DNA of 64,000 nt from an uncultured Acetatifactor sp. (lineage in GTDB: Bacteria > Bacillota > Clostridia > Lachnospirales > Lachnospiraceae). Shown here in pieces: positions 1-9,686 of the stretch (its first letter is position 1; the number at the start of each line of letters is the position of its first letter). Location of the stretch: assembly GCA_949840935.1 (NCBI GenBank), contig CATKXX010000007.1, positions 28,070-92,069 of the forward strand, in the 5' to 3' direction. The notes beneath the pieces were generated by a model that had not been told where the DNA came from, did not search any database, and saw only the letters and a program-made list of their open reading frames with translations. The translations under genes and the position numbers were made by a program.

Positions 1-76
1 GCATGTCCGCCGCCTTCCGGCACAGATCCTGATAGGAATGCTTTTCCCCCACCTTTACTTGGTTTAACCGTAACAT
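1..76 (-). CDS. N-terminus of a probable FAD-dependent oxidoreductase (runs off window)
   Basis: ATG at 76 with upstream AGGAGG; reads MLRLNQVKVGEKHSYQDLCRKAADM, resembling the start of the FAD-dependent dehydrogenase that usually follows HI0933-family genes in Clostridia. Confidence 0.55.
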   Translation of the reverse strand, partial: MLRLNQVKVGEKHSYQDLCRKAADM

Positions 77-191
77 TTTCCCTGTCTCCCTCCTGTGGGC
101 GCCTTCCCGCCCGTACTGTCCGGCCCTTGGGCTTCAGCGCACCACTTCGCAGGTGTTCCTTCAGCGGCACAGCCCCGCCGGTCTGTCGGCC

Positions 192-1433
192 TCAACGCAC
201 CTTTCCCCGGGAGCCCGCCGCCGTCCCCGCCAGAAAACCACTGCACCACGCCCACTGCAGATTATACCCTCCGCACTTCCCGTCCACATCCAAAATCTCC
301 CCGGCGAAAAAAACTCCCGGCGTCCTGACAGATTCCAGCTCCTCCGTCACCTGATCCAGAGGCACGCCCCCGGCGCACACCTGCGCATTATCATAGGAAT
401 TATGCCCGATGACATGAAGCCGCCACTCCCGGCACAGCTCATAAACTCTCTTAATCTCTGCTTCGCCGGCTTCCTCCACATTTCCTCCCGGCTTTAACCC
501 CGCTAGTTTTATAAACTGCAGCATCAGCTTCTTGTGAAGCATCCCGGTGAAAAATTCCTCCACCGTCCGGCCGCACTGAAGCAGCTTTCTGCCTGCCTGC
601 AAAGCCTCATACTCCCCCTGGCCATAGTCAGGCAGAAAATCCACCGTTACCTCCACTTCTTCCTGTTCGAGTAATATGTAATTCACCTGTCTGCTGAGCT
701 GAAACACAGGAATGCCTGAAATCCCGTAATCCGTCAGCTGCAGCTCGCCCCGCTCCTTTGCAATGCACTCCCCGTCCTTCCAGACACGGATCATGGCATC
801 CGCCCTTACTCCGGAAACAGCCTTAAAATACGGTTCCCGGCATTTTAACTGCACCAGGGCCGGAACCGAAGGCAGCAGACTATGGCCCGCCTGCGCTGCC
901 AGACGAAAGCCGCTTCCGTCCGATCCCGTCCTGGGTGCCGCCTTTCCGCCACAGGCGAGCACCACACTGTCAAAGCTGAAGCTCTGCCCTTTCGCATCCT
1001 TCACCACAATCCGGCCGCCCTTTTTCCCGGGCAGAAGCCTCTCCGCCTTACATCCACAGGCCACATGAATCCCCAGTGCCGCAAGCTCATATCGGAAAAC
1101 ATCCAGAACCGCCGATGCCTGCTCGCACGCCGGATACAGATAACCGTTCTTCTCCTTCACCAGGAGTCCGATTCCCTGAAAGAAAGCAGCCGTTTCCTCT
1201 GTTCCAAACTGCTCCAGGAACCCCTTCAGACGCTGGGGCTGTTCTGTATAATACTGCTCCAAGGCCAGCCTCCGGTTCCCCAGATTACACTTCCCGTTCC
1301 CGGTAACCAGGAGCTTCCTGCCCACACGGTCATTCCCTTCCAGCACAGTCACTTCCGCGCCCTGCCTGGCCGCCGCAATCGCCGCCGTCATTCCCGCTGC
1401 GCCGCCGCCTATAATCCCCACCTTCTTATTCAT
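192..1433 (-). CDS. HI0933/BaiN-family NAD(P)/FAD-dependent flavoprotein
   Basis: GGGAAG Rossmann motif, GRKLLVTGNGKCNL, GEILDVDGKCGGYNLQWAW; start set at MNKKV behind GGGAGG. Confidence 0.92.
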   Translation of the reverse strand: MNKKVGIIGGGAAGMTAAIAAARQGAEVTVLEGNDRVGRKLLVTGNGKCNLGNRRLALEQYYTEQPQRLKGFLEQFGTEETAAFFQGIGLLVKEKNGYLYPACEQASAVLDVFRYELAALGIHVACGCKAERLLPGKKGGRIVVKDAKGQSFSFDSVVLACGGKAAPRTGSDGSGFRLAAQAGHSLLPSVPALVQLKCREPYFKAVSGVRADAMIRVWKDGECIAKERGELQLTDYGISGIPVFQLSRQVNYILLEQEEVEVTVDFLPDYGQGEYEALQAGRKLLQCGRTVEEFFTGMLHKKLMLQFIKLAGLKPGGNVEEAGEAEIKRVYELCREWRLHVIGHNSYDNAQVCAGGVPLDQVTEELESVRTPGVFFAGEILDVDGKCGGYNLQWAWCSGFLAGTAAGSRGKVR

Positions 1434-1511
1434 AAACCCTCCCAATCCAAAATCCTGAACAGGAACACGCTGTCACACATTCCCGCCCCTTCTTTGCACG
1501 GCATAATAGTG

Positions 1512-2237
1512 CTAACTGGAATAACTCTCCAAAAAATGATACAGGCTCTCCTCGTCCGGCATCCACATCATCTGGATGATTTCCTGCTGCACCTCCTCCG
1601 GCAGGGAATCCAGGGAAATCTCTGTATTGATATAGACCGTCTTCTTATCCTCCAGATAGACCACAACCTCATTATCGTAGACCGCCAGATAAAAGCTGGC
1701 GCTGGGCTGCACATACCGGTAATTCATCTGCACCACCACCCGTTCCCTGGAAAAGGACAGGACTTCCAGCCCCACAAACCCCCTCTCCATCTCCGCCAGA
1801 GGCGGATGGGCTTCATACAATGCCATAGCTTCCAGGAACTGCTTCCGGTTCATGCCCATATACTGGGAGGGCAGTCTCCATACGGTCTGTACAACGGACT
1901 GATCCAGAATATTTGTCTCCTCCAGTACATATTCCGTGTCCGCAGAAAGGGTTTCAGAGGCTGACGCTGCCTCAGTCAGCATTTCTTCCTCCGCGGGGAA
2001 AATATCCTCCCCTTCCTGCCGGCTCTCCGCCACTCCATAATCCAGCCTGGTATCCGGTACCTCGACCGGCTCCCCCGGTTCAGACTCAGGGGCGGGGACA
2101 TCATATATTTCCCTGCTCTCCGGTACCTGCTCTCCCGGATAAAAAAAGTGGCTGGATACCACGCCACCGTAAAATCCGATACACAGCATTGCCATAGGAT
2201 ATATAAAATATAAGCTGATACCTTTTACGAATTTCAT
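1512..2237 (-). CDS. BofC C-terminal-domain sporulation protein (N-terminal TM anchor)
   Basis: N-terminal hydrophobic helix; C-terminus TEISLDSLPEEVQQEI...LYHFLESYSS typical of BofC_C; forespore-type promoter upstream. Confidence 0.7.
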   Translation of the reverse strand: MKFVKGISLYFIYPMAMLCIGFYGGVVSSHFFYPGEQVPESREIYDVPAPESEPGEPVEVPDTRLDYGVAESRQEGEDIFPAEEEMLTEAASASETLSADTEYVLEETNILDQSVVQTVWRLPSQYMGMNRKQFLEAMALYEAHPPLAEMERGFVGLEVLSFSRERVVVQMNYRYVQPSASFYLAVYDNEVVVYLEDKKTVYINTEISLDSLPEEVQQEIIQMMWMPDEESLYHFLESYSS

Positions 2238-2301
2238 GATTACACTCCATGTGTGCTCTGACGCGCCCGCCCCGGCGGACACACAATTCTATCTTTGTAA
2301 T

Positions 2302-2331
2302 CAGTATCAGCTTTTTCCCATTATTTTATAC
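2302..2331 (-). promoter_or_regulatory. Putative sigmaF/sigmaG (forespore) promoter for BofC-like gene
   Basis: Minus strand GTATA-N15-GCTGATACTG, close to the sigmaF consensus GTATA-N15-GGnnAnAnTR. Confidence 0.5.
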
Positions 2332-2350
2332 AATGATATCTGCGGCCCGC

Positions 2351-3955
2351 CTATAAAAGATGAAGCAGCTGGCCAAGGGATATGATCAGCCCGCCCCCGG
2401 GGATATTTTCCAGCTCCTGTTCACTGAAATTCCTGGACAACAGCAGAAGCCCCCAGTAAGCTGCCAGTGAAAGCGCCCCACAGAGGATCAGCGTGACGGC
2501 ATCTCCCAGGTGGGGGGCTGCCACCTTACGGATCAGCATACACAAAAGCCCTGTGACACAGGCCGCCCCGGCCGGAACCACAAAAGTCTGCAGCCACAGA
2601 TTACCGACCCTGAACTGTTGATATGTGACAATCCCCAGCAGAACACAGCAGACTGCACTGCCCATGATCCCCGCATAAGCCAGGGCAAGAATCCCTGCCT
2701 TCCCCACATTCAGAAACAGGGTCATGCTCAGCACATACACAATATCGGAAATCGCCAGCGCCCCCAGCACCAGAAGGCTCTTCCCCGTCAGCATCAGGAA
2801 ACGGATAAAGTAAAACGCCAGCGCCGCAAAAGGGAGCATCAGAGCCCCTCCCCGGAACAGTTTTCCCACCAGTGTACTGTTTCCGGCATCAAGAAGCCTC
2901 GCCGCCTGTTCCGACATGACCGCCAGGAACGCAGCCAGAAACAGAGAATTGATCACCGTGATATGGATGCCGCTCTGAAAGATCACTCTTGCGAACCGCT
3001 GTTCCCCCTTCCGCAGGTTGATCACAGTCTTGCTGCATATTCTGATAAAAGTACCTTCCACCAGTAAGAGCAGGATCAGGCTGACCGCCAAATATTGTCC
3101 AAAATAAGCCCCGTAATCCAGCATCCCCGCCTCCCAGTCCACAACGCTCTTCCCGAAAAAGAGCAGGCCCAGAATGACAGGCAGCAGCAGAAACAGCTGC
3201 GTCATAGAGTAAGGCGCCCTGTTGATGGAAAAGCTCTGTACCGCCCCTGGGAAAGAATCCACAGAGCGCGTCCCCTCGGGCTGCTCGTTCCGCCGGGAAC
3301 GTCCGCCTGCCTTCCTGACCACCAGCATAAAGAGTATCACAAATATCTCACTTATATCAATCGCTATGACAAACCCTGCGCCGGCATACATGGAAGCAAA
3401 GTCAGCCTGCACCAGCAGCCGGCCGACCTTTACACCATAATTCCCCAATGCCCGGCACAGAACCAGGCTCAGTAACAAAACGGAAACCTGCCGCAGGATG
3501 CTTGCCACTGCCGTAGGGAGCTCCGACCCCTCCCCCTGGCAGAATCCCATGAGAACAGCGGATATCCCCCGCAGGAAAAGTGCCGGTGCCAGGAATGTCA
3601 TCAGGAATGCACTGTACCGGACATGAAACACTTTTTCCGCAACAGCACCCGCCCCGAAAAACAGTACCAGCATCCCTGCCAGGCCCACTGCCGTCTGAAA
3701 TATGAAAATGTTCCGGCTCATCATGGCCGCGCCCCTGTATTGCCCCTTGGCGTTGCGAACCCTCAGAAGCCTTCCCAGGGTATCCGCCGTATACCCGCCG
3801 CAAAGCGCCCACAAAAAGGCAAACGCCAGCGCTGCTGCTGCAATATATGTGACGCCATTGTCCCCTGCCATCCTGCCGATCATCAGAAGGTTGACAATGG
3901 ATAGGATATTGGCAGCTCCCTGTATCTTCCGTCTCTTTATTTCATTTGAATTCAT
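2351..3955 (-). CDS. SpoVB/MurJ-like polysaccharide biosynthesis flippase (MOP superfamily)
   Basis: 534 aa, many TM segments, GFCQG..PTAVASIL motif and C-terminal EQELENIPGG typical of SpoVB-like proteins. Confidence 0.75.
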   Translation of the reverse strand: MNSNEIKRRKIQGAANILSIVNLLMIGRMAGDNGVTYIAAAALAFAFLWALCGGYTADTLGRLLRVRNAKGQYRGAAMMSRNIFIFQTAVGLAGMLVLFFGAGAVAEKVFHVRYSAFLMTFLAPALFLRGISAVLMGFCQGEGSELPTAVASILRQVSVLLLSLVLCRALGNYGVKVGRLLVQADFASMYAGAGFVIAIDISEIFVILFMLVVRKAGGRSRRNEQPEGTRSVDSFPGAVQSFSINRAPYSMTQLFLLLPVILGLLFFGKSVVDWEAGMLDYGAYFGQYLAVSLILLLLVEGTFIRICSKTVINLRKGEQRFARVIFQSGIHITVINSLFLAAFLAVMSEQAARLLDAGNSTLVGKLFRGGALMLPFAALAFYFIRFLMLTGKSLLVLGALAISDIVYVLSMTLFLNVGKAGILALAYAGIMGSAVCCVLLGIVTYQQFRVGNLWLQTFVVPAGAACVTGLLCMLIRKVAAPHLGDAVTLILCGALSLAAYWGLLLLSRNFSEQELENIPGGGLIISLGQLLHLL

Positions 3956-3971
3956 CTGATGTCCCTCAAGC

Positions 3972-4472
3972 TCAGTCCCTGGTTATCCCCAGCCCCGTCA
4001 GAAGCTCCTCCTGTTTCTGTTCCATGATCCCTGCCTCCCCGGGCTCCATATGATCATAGCCGCACAGGTGCAGCATACTGTGCGCCGTCAGAAAGGCAAA
4101 TTCCCTTTTCAGGCTGTGTCCGTAGCTTTCAGACTGTTCCCGTACCTTATCCACAGAGATCATGATATCACCCAGCATCAATTCCCCCGTATCGGGATCA
4201 AAGCAGTCCGCTTCCGCCTCCCCGGGGATCTCGAATACACCCTCCCTCTCAAAGTCCAGGTTGGGGAATGAGAGTACGTCCGTTTCCCTGTCAATCCCGC
4301 GGCATTCCCTGTTTAATTCCCTGATTCCTTCATTATCCGTGAGAACCATGTTTACCTGTGCCTCATAGGGACAGCCCTCCGATACAAGAACCGCTTCGCA
4401 CACAAGCCTCCCAACAGCCTCCACATCAAAGGGAAGCTTTTCCCGGGTCTCATTTTCAACGTAAAAAGTCAT
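3972..4472 (-). CDS. ybeY: rRNA maturation endoribonuclease YbeY
   Basis: DRETDVLSFP and AHSMLHLCGYDH motifs; start at MTFYVEN behind GGAGGAG. Confidence 0.95.
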   Translation of the reverse strand: MTFYVENETREKLPFDVEAVGRLVCEAVLVSEGCPYEAQVNMVLTDNEGIRELNRECRGIDRETDVLSFPNLDFEREGVFEIPGEAEADCFDPDTGELMLGDIMISVDKVREQSESYGHSLKREFAFLTAHSMLHLCGYDHMEPGEAGIMEQKQEELLTGLGITRD

Positions 4473-5631
4473 AATAAAGCTTCTCCTCCCTGAAAATCTG
4501 GCGCATACAGCTGTACTCCTGCATGGTGATATCACACTGCCAGAAATAGCCTTCTTTCAGCAGCCTGTCAAATATCCCGTCAATAAGTACACCATAATCC
4601 ACGGGCTTGTCCCCGTTTTCCCTCAGCGCCTTCGTGATGGAGGACACCACCATATCCGAACATGCAAGGACAGCCGTCTCTTTATTCTTAGGCGGCTTTT
4701 TCGCTGTATATTCCGTCAGTATCTCACGCAGCTTCGGGGGAAAATGCTTTTTCACCATAAGCTCAGGAAGCTCCTTCCCTATCCGGTGATAATACGCCGC
4801 ACACTTAAGCATGTTGGCGTCCGTCCCCAGGCTCTTGCATATGACATCACAGAAATGGGCCGTATGAATGCATATCATATAATCGTCCCTGGCTTCCTCC
4901 CTGAATTTCACCAGTACAGGATTTTCCGTATCATTGATCTCCAGATAATTTACGCGGTACCGATATATGACCAGGGAAAAAAACAATTTAAGCCCGCCTA
5001 CCAGCATAATACAGTTGACAATGATATTTGCCGCAGGAATCAGGAACATTTCCGCATCCGGCCTGGCATTCGCGAGCAGTACCACATTGGCAGTCTCACA
5101 GACAAGCAGGCAGAGCGCAGATAAAATAAGGGGCATTCCAATCCCGGAATCGCATTCCAGGTGTTGGAACAGCACGACAGCAAAGCATCCGCTGATAAAA
5201 TACAGTATAAAAAAATTCACTGCCGCCGTTCCCAGCAGCACGGGGATCATCAGCAGTACAGAGGATGCCAGAATCCCCGTGCTCATGTTACTGAACAGCG
5301 CCAGCATCACAAAGATCGTCAGAAAAGGCCATCCAGCCTCGGGAAGGAACACACAGGCAAAAGCGATTGCCAGCCCGATGCATACGCACAGCCAGAACCG
5401 GAAGGGATATTTCTGGTTATTATAATCCAGCTCTCCCCTGATATATTCCTGTCGCATATGAAAGCCTATCACGGCAAGCCCTGCCACGGTCATGACCAGA
5501 TTGGAAAGAAGCCTGTCCGGCTCTGTCTGCTGATACCACCCCACCAGCAGGACGCCTCCGCCGCCCAGCGCCATGATTCCCAATTCCGTCAGTATTAACA
5601 AAACTAATTTTTTCCGTTTACCTTTTTCCAT
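4456..5631 (-). CDS. 7TM-HD (PgpH/YqfF-like) membrane protein with degenerate HD motif
   Basis: Multi-TM N-terminus; AAYYHRIGK and PKNKETAVLACSD align with PgpH-type YYHDIGK and PQTKEAAI..AD; lies in phoH-X-ybeY synteny. Confidence 0.7.
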   Translation of the reverse strand: MEKGKRKKLVLLILTELGIMALGGGGVLLVGWYQQTEPDRLLSNLVMTVAGLAVIGFHMRQEYIRGELDYNNQKYPFRFWLCVCIGLAIAFACVFLPEAGWPFLTIFVMLALFSNMSTGILASSVLLMIPVLLGTAAVNFFILYFISGCFAVVLFQHLECDSGIGMPLILSALCLLVCETANVVLLANARPDAEMFLIPAANIIVNCIMLVGGLKLFFSLVIYRYRVNYLEINDTENPVLVKFREEARDDYMICIHTAHFCDVICKSLGTDANMLKCAAYYHRIGKELPELMVKKHFPPKLREILTEYTAKKPPKNKETAVLACSDMVVSSITKALRENGDKPVDYGVLIDGIFDRLLKEGYFWQCDITMQEYSCMRQIFREEKLYYDFLR

Positions 5632-6619
5632 ACTTTTCTCTGCTTCTGCTTCTGTTTTTCTCTTTTATCTCGTAATCATCATAAGCCTTTACAATCTTCT
5701 GTACCAGGGGATGGCGCACCACATCCCTGCTGGTCAGCCGACAGAAGGCGATATCGTCAATCTTTGCCAGTACCCTGGCAGCCACATCCAGGCCGGACTT
5801 CGCCCCTACGGGGAGATCCTTCTGGGAAGCATCCCCGGTAACTATGACCTTGGAACCGAACCCGATCCTGGTCAGAAACATTTTCATCTGCGCCGGCGTA
5901 GTATTCTGCGCCTCATCGAGAATGATAAAGGCATTGTCAAGCGTCCGTCCCCTCATGTAGGCCAGGGGAGCCACCTCGATCAGCCCCTTCTCCATATTTT
6001 TCGCAAAGTTTTCCGCCCCCATCAGTTGGTACAGCGCATCGTACAGGGGCCTGAGATAAGGATCCACCTTACTCTGCAGGTCGCCGGGCAGAAAGCCCAG
6101 CTTCTCGCCCGCTTCTATGGCAGGCCTGGTCAAGATGATCCGGCTGACCTCCTCGTTTTTAAAGGCAGTGACTGCCATAGCCATGGCAAGATAGGTCTTA
6201 CCCGTTCCCGCCGGGCCCAGGCCAAACACAATCATGTTATTCCGGATGGCATCCACATACTGCTTCTGTCCCATGGTCTTGGGCTTGACAGGCTTGCCGT
6301 TTACTGTGTGACAGATACAGTCGCTGTCTATCTCTGTAATTACATTTTCCTGTTCTTCCATACCCATTGTAATCGCGTAGTCCACACTCTGCTCCTCTAT
6401 TTCGTTTCCTCTGTCTGAGAGGATGGATAGCTGCCCCAAAACCGCTGCGGCTTTCCTTGCCATTGCCTCCGGCCCTGTGACCATAACGCTGCCGTTCCGG
6501 TTTACAATATCCACGCCAAAATCCCGCTCGAGCTTTTTGACATGGGCATCCTGCATACCGAATACCTTCCGCATCTGTTCAGAGGACATTTCCATCCCTA
6601 TCGTAAATAAATCTTCCAT
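5618..6619 (-). CDS. phoH: PhoH-family ATPase
   Basis: GPAGTGKT, GEKLGFLPGDL, AYMRGRTL, DEAQN, VVRHPLV motifs. Confidence 0.95.
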   Translation of the reverse strand: MEDLFTIGMEMSSEQMRKVFGMQDAHVKKLERDFGVDIVNRNGSVMVTGPEAMARKAAAVLGQLSILSDRGNEIEEQSVDYAITMGMEEQENVITEIDSDCICHTVNGKPVKPKTMGQKQYVDAIRNNMIVFGLGPAGTGKTYLAMAMAVTAFKNEEVSRIILTRPAIEAGEKLGFLPGDLQSKVDPYLRPLYDALYQLMGAENFAKNMEKGLIEVAPLAYMRGRTLDNAFIILDEAQNTTPAQMKMFLTRIGFGSKVIVTGDASQKDLPVGAKSGLDVAARVLAKIDDIAFCRLTSRDVVRHPLVQKIVKAYDDYEIKEKNRSRSREKYGKR

Positions 6620-6705
6620 GTTCCCCTATCCCGGGCCACTGCCCGTCCGTTCCTGCTTTCCGGATCTCAATTCATTCCGGCTGTTCCTGCTCCCCGGGCC
6701 TCCGT

Positions 6706-7962
6706 TCATTCCGGCTGTTCACCTGTTTGCGGCTGCTCTGTCTCTTCCGCCTCCGGCACAGCCGGCCCTGCCCGGTCAATCTCCACGCGGGTCCCTGCAG
6801 GCTCACGCACCAGGAATTCCCCATTAACCACCCAGGAATCACCATTCGTTTCTATTTTAACATCTTTTTCAATAATTTGTACCCCTTTTTCCTCTAAACT
6901 TTCAATATATTCGGAAATTTTTTCGTTTAACAATTCTTTCGCCTCGTCCAGCGTATATTCGTATTCGACATTCTGATACTCCCTGTGAGTATAGCTGCCC
7001 AGATAAAATGGGATGGAAAGCTTCTGGAACAGAAGGGTACGGCTCTCCCTGATCACACTGTCATAGACCAGAAAAGGCCTTTCCTCCGGCATACGCCACT
7101 CCTTCTCGCCCAGCCTGAGATAGTATCTCTTTTCTTCCCTGCCGGTATACTCCTTTTTTATGTAATCAAAGGGAAGCGAATCCGTGTAACTCAGCGTATG
7201 CTCCAGTATCACGTCCGCATCCGCATCCACATAGATGTATTCCCGGACAGTGCTGTCGTCATTATAGACCGGCACCCTGCCCTCCACCAGGATTGTCCCG
7301 GCCTCCACCATTTCTCCCGCCTCCACCACCGGGACACCCCTGCGTACCATGACGGACACCACCGTCCCCTCATACTGCGACACCAGATCGGCTCCCGCCG
7401 GCCTCTCATTTGTATCGGTGATGATGGGAGCGTCATTCTCCTTGATGGAAATCCGCAGCCTCGTCCCGTCCAGCCTTGCGGATGCCCAGGTCACCTGAGG
7501 GAACTGCCGCCGAATCTCCTTTTCCAGCGCTTCAATGTCCAGCTGCTCCTTCCGCATTCCCTCCGACACCTGGTTTTCCTGCAGGAAATCGTTAAATACA
7601 TCCTGGGTGATCTGAAAATTTCCTTCCAATTCAATATCCCAGATATGGGTGGAGGACCAGAGCCAGAAACCCACCGTGAGGATCAGCCCCGCCAGGAACA
7701 CTTTCCGCTTCAGAAGCCTGGGCAGAAAAAAAGGCAGTCCATATCGCTGTAATATGGCTACCCTTGTCCCCGTCTTTCTGACGATCGGACGAAGCTTAAA
7801 GAATCCTTTCAGGGTGATGTTCATGTAATAGACTTCCCCGTCCCGCACAATATCCCATAAAAGGATACCCTTATTGCTGCATAGATTCATAAAACGCTCC
7901 GGCGAAAATCCCCATACTCGTATTCTAAGATATCCCCGGATATACTTCAACAGCTCTATCAT
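6706..7962 (-). CDS. yqfD: Sporulation protein YqfD
   Basis: GFSPERFMNLC, GLPFFL, TM segment, downstream of yqfC and upstream of phoH as in Bacillus. Confidence 0.9.
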   Translation of the reverse strand: MIELLKYIRGYLRIRVWGFSPERFMNLCSNKGILLWDIVRDGEVYYMNITLKGFFKLRPIVRKTGTRVAILQRYGLPFFLPRLLKRKVFLAGLILTVGFWLWSSTHIWDIELEGNFQITQDVFNDFLQENQVSEGMRKEQLDIEALEKEIRRQFPQVTWASARLDGTRLRISIKENDAPIITDTNERPAGADLVSQYEGTVVSVMVRRGVPVVEAGEMVEAGTILVEGRVPVYNDDSTVREYIYVDADADVILEHTLSYTDSLPFDYIKKEYTGREEKRYYLRLGEKEWRMPEERPFLVYDSVIRESRTLLFQKLSIPFYLGSYTHREYQNVEYEYTLDEAKELLNEKISEYIESLEEKGVQIIEKDVKIETNGDSWVVNGEFLVREPAGTRVEIDRAGPAVPEAEETEQPQTGEQPE

Positions 7963-7998
7963 GGCATTCCCCCATTTCCCAATATACCTTCCTGTCCT

Positions 7999-8289
7999 TT
8001 AAAGATAGCGCACGCAGCAGATGCAGCCGCTGATCTTCATGTCCTCATTGGTATAATAGTCGATGGAAAGCCCCGTCCCCTCGAAGCAGACCTGGCAGGT
8101 CTTTCCCTGCAACAGTATCATCTGCTCCGTATACTCCAGGATGCCGCGGTAATTTTCAATCCATGCTTCCCTGTTCCCTGTCATGGTGACACGGATGGCG
8201 CCCATGCAGATATCCTTGGGCAGCTTCAGGGAATCCAGGATCATTTCTTTCTTCGGTTGAATGCTTTTTGTTTTGCTATTGTTTTTCAT
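7999..8289 (-). CDS. yqfC: YabP/YqfC-family sporulation protein
   Basis: LKLPKDI..G, IENYRGILEYT motif; synteny with yqfD. Confidence 0.88.
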   Translation of the reverse strand: MKNNSKTKSIQPKKEMILDSLKLPKDICMGAIRVTMTGNREAWIENYRGILEYTEQMILLQGKTCQVCFEGTGLSIDYYTNEDMKISGCICCVRYL

Positions 8290-8324
8290 GTTCCCATTAT
8301 ATTATGGAAACCCGAAAACTATAC

Positions 8325-8344
8325 TTAGAGCGTGTTTGAAAAAT
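8325..8344 (+). repeat. 20-bp dispersed repeat (MITE/IS-end-like), copy 1
   Basis: TTAGAGCGTGTTTGAAAAAT; exact reverse complement at 46168-46187. Confidence 0.7.
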
Positions 8345-9654
8345 CATTGCCTCCCAATGATCTCCCTGATAAAGGGCGCCCGGGCAGGCTCCGCTGATGT
8401 GATGGCACAGGCGTTGAGATACCGCTTCTCCACCTCCGCAAGCTTACTCTCATGATCAGCATGGATCACCGCAAGGGTGTCTCCTCTCTTCACATAGGCC
8501 CCCACTTTTTTACACAGTACGATGCCCACGGACAGATCAATTGTGCTGTCCTTTGTCTCCCTGCCGCCTCCCAGGAGCAGGGAACAGATGCCCACCTCGT
8601 CGCAGGCGATATGGCTGATATAGCCCTCTGCAGGCGACTTCACCTCATGAATGACGGGAGCCTTCGGCAGCAGCCCCGGATCGTAGACAGCCCCCGGATC
8701 CCCTCCCTGCGCTTCCACGAATTCAGCAAGCTTCCGCAGGGCGCTGCCGTCGCGGATCACCGCCTGCAGCTTCCCTGTAGCTTCCTCTGTGTCCGCCGCC
8801 TTTCCTCCGGCGATCAGCATCTGGCTTCCCAGGGCCATACACAATTCCACAAGATCCTCCGGGCCGTTCCCCTTTAAGGTCTCGATGGCCTCCTTTACCT
8901 CCAGCGCATTCCCCACCGCGTACCCGAGAGGCTGATCCATATCCGAGATCACGGCAACAGTGGTGCGTCCCGCGTCATTCCCCAGCCTTACCATCTCCTC
9001 CGCCAGGGCCCTCGCATCCGCCTCCTCCTTCATAAAGGCGCCGCTCCCCGTCTTCACGTCCAGCACTATGGCATCCGCCCCTGCCGCCAGCTTCTTACTC
9101 ATGATGGAGCTGGCGATCAGGGACAGATTATCCACCGTGGCTGTCACATCCCGGAGGGCGTAAAGCTTCTTATCCGCAGGCGCCAGATCCGCCGTCTGCC
9201 CCATTATGGCAATGCCAATGCGGTTCACATTGCGAATAAACTGTTCTGTAGTCAGATCCGTGGAAAAGCCGGGAAAGCTTTCCAGCTTATCGATCGTACC
9301 CCCGGTATGCCCCAGCCCCCGGCCGCTCATCTTCGCTACGGGAATGCCGCAGGCCGCCGCCATGGGGGTCAATACCAGAGAAGTCTTATCCCCCACCCCG
9401 CCGGTGCTGTGCTTATCCACCTTGATACCGTCAATCCCGGAAAGATCCAGCATATCCCCGCTGTGAGCCATGGCCATGGTCAGGGCCAGCGTCTCCCTTT
9501 CCGTCATCTTCCGGAAATAAACCGCCATCATCAGCGCGGATACCTGGTAATCGGGGATTTCGCCCTTCGTGTAGCCATCGACAAAGAAACCGATTTCCTC
9601 CCCGGTAAGCTCCCCGCCGTTTCTCTTTTTCATAATAATGTCATACATCCTCAT
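8344..9654 (-). CDS. pdp: Pyrimidine-nucleoside phosphorylase
   Basis: MRMYDII start, DKHSTGGVGDKT, KMSGRGLGHTGGTIDKLES, LYALRDVTATV. Confidence 0.96.
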   Translation of the reverse strand: MRMYDIIMKKRNGGELTGEEIGFFVDGYTKGEIPDYQVSALMMAVYFRKMTERETLALTMAMAHSGDMLDLSGIDGIKVDKHSTGGVGDKTSLVLTPMAAACGIPVAKMSGRGLGHTGGTIDKLESFPGFSTDLTTEQFIRNVNRIGIAIMGQTADLAPADKKLYALRDVTATVDNLSLIASSIMSKKLAAGADAIVLDVKTGSGAFMKEEADARALAEEMVRLGNDAGRTTVAVISDMDQPLGYAVGNALEVKEAIETLKGNGPEDLVELCMALGSQMLIAGGKAADTEEATGKLQAVIRDGSALRKLAEFVEAQGGDPGAVYDPGLLPKAPVIHEVKSPAEGYISHIACDEVGICSLLLGGGRETKDSTIDLSVGIVLCKKVGAYVKRGDTLAVIHADHESKLAEVEKRYLNACAITSAEPARAPFIREIIGRQ

Positions 9655-9686
9655 GTCTGGCGCCCCTCCAATACCCTTTTTCTTTT

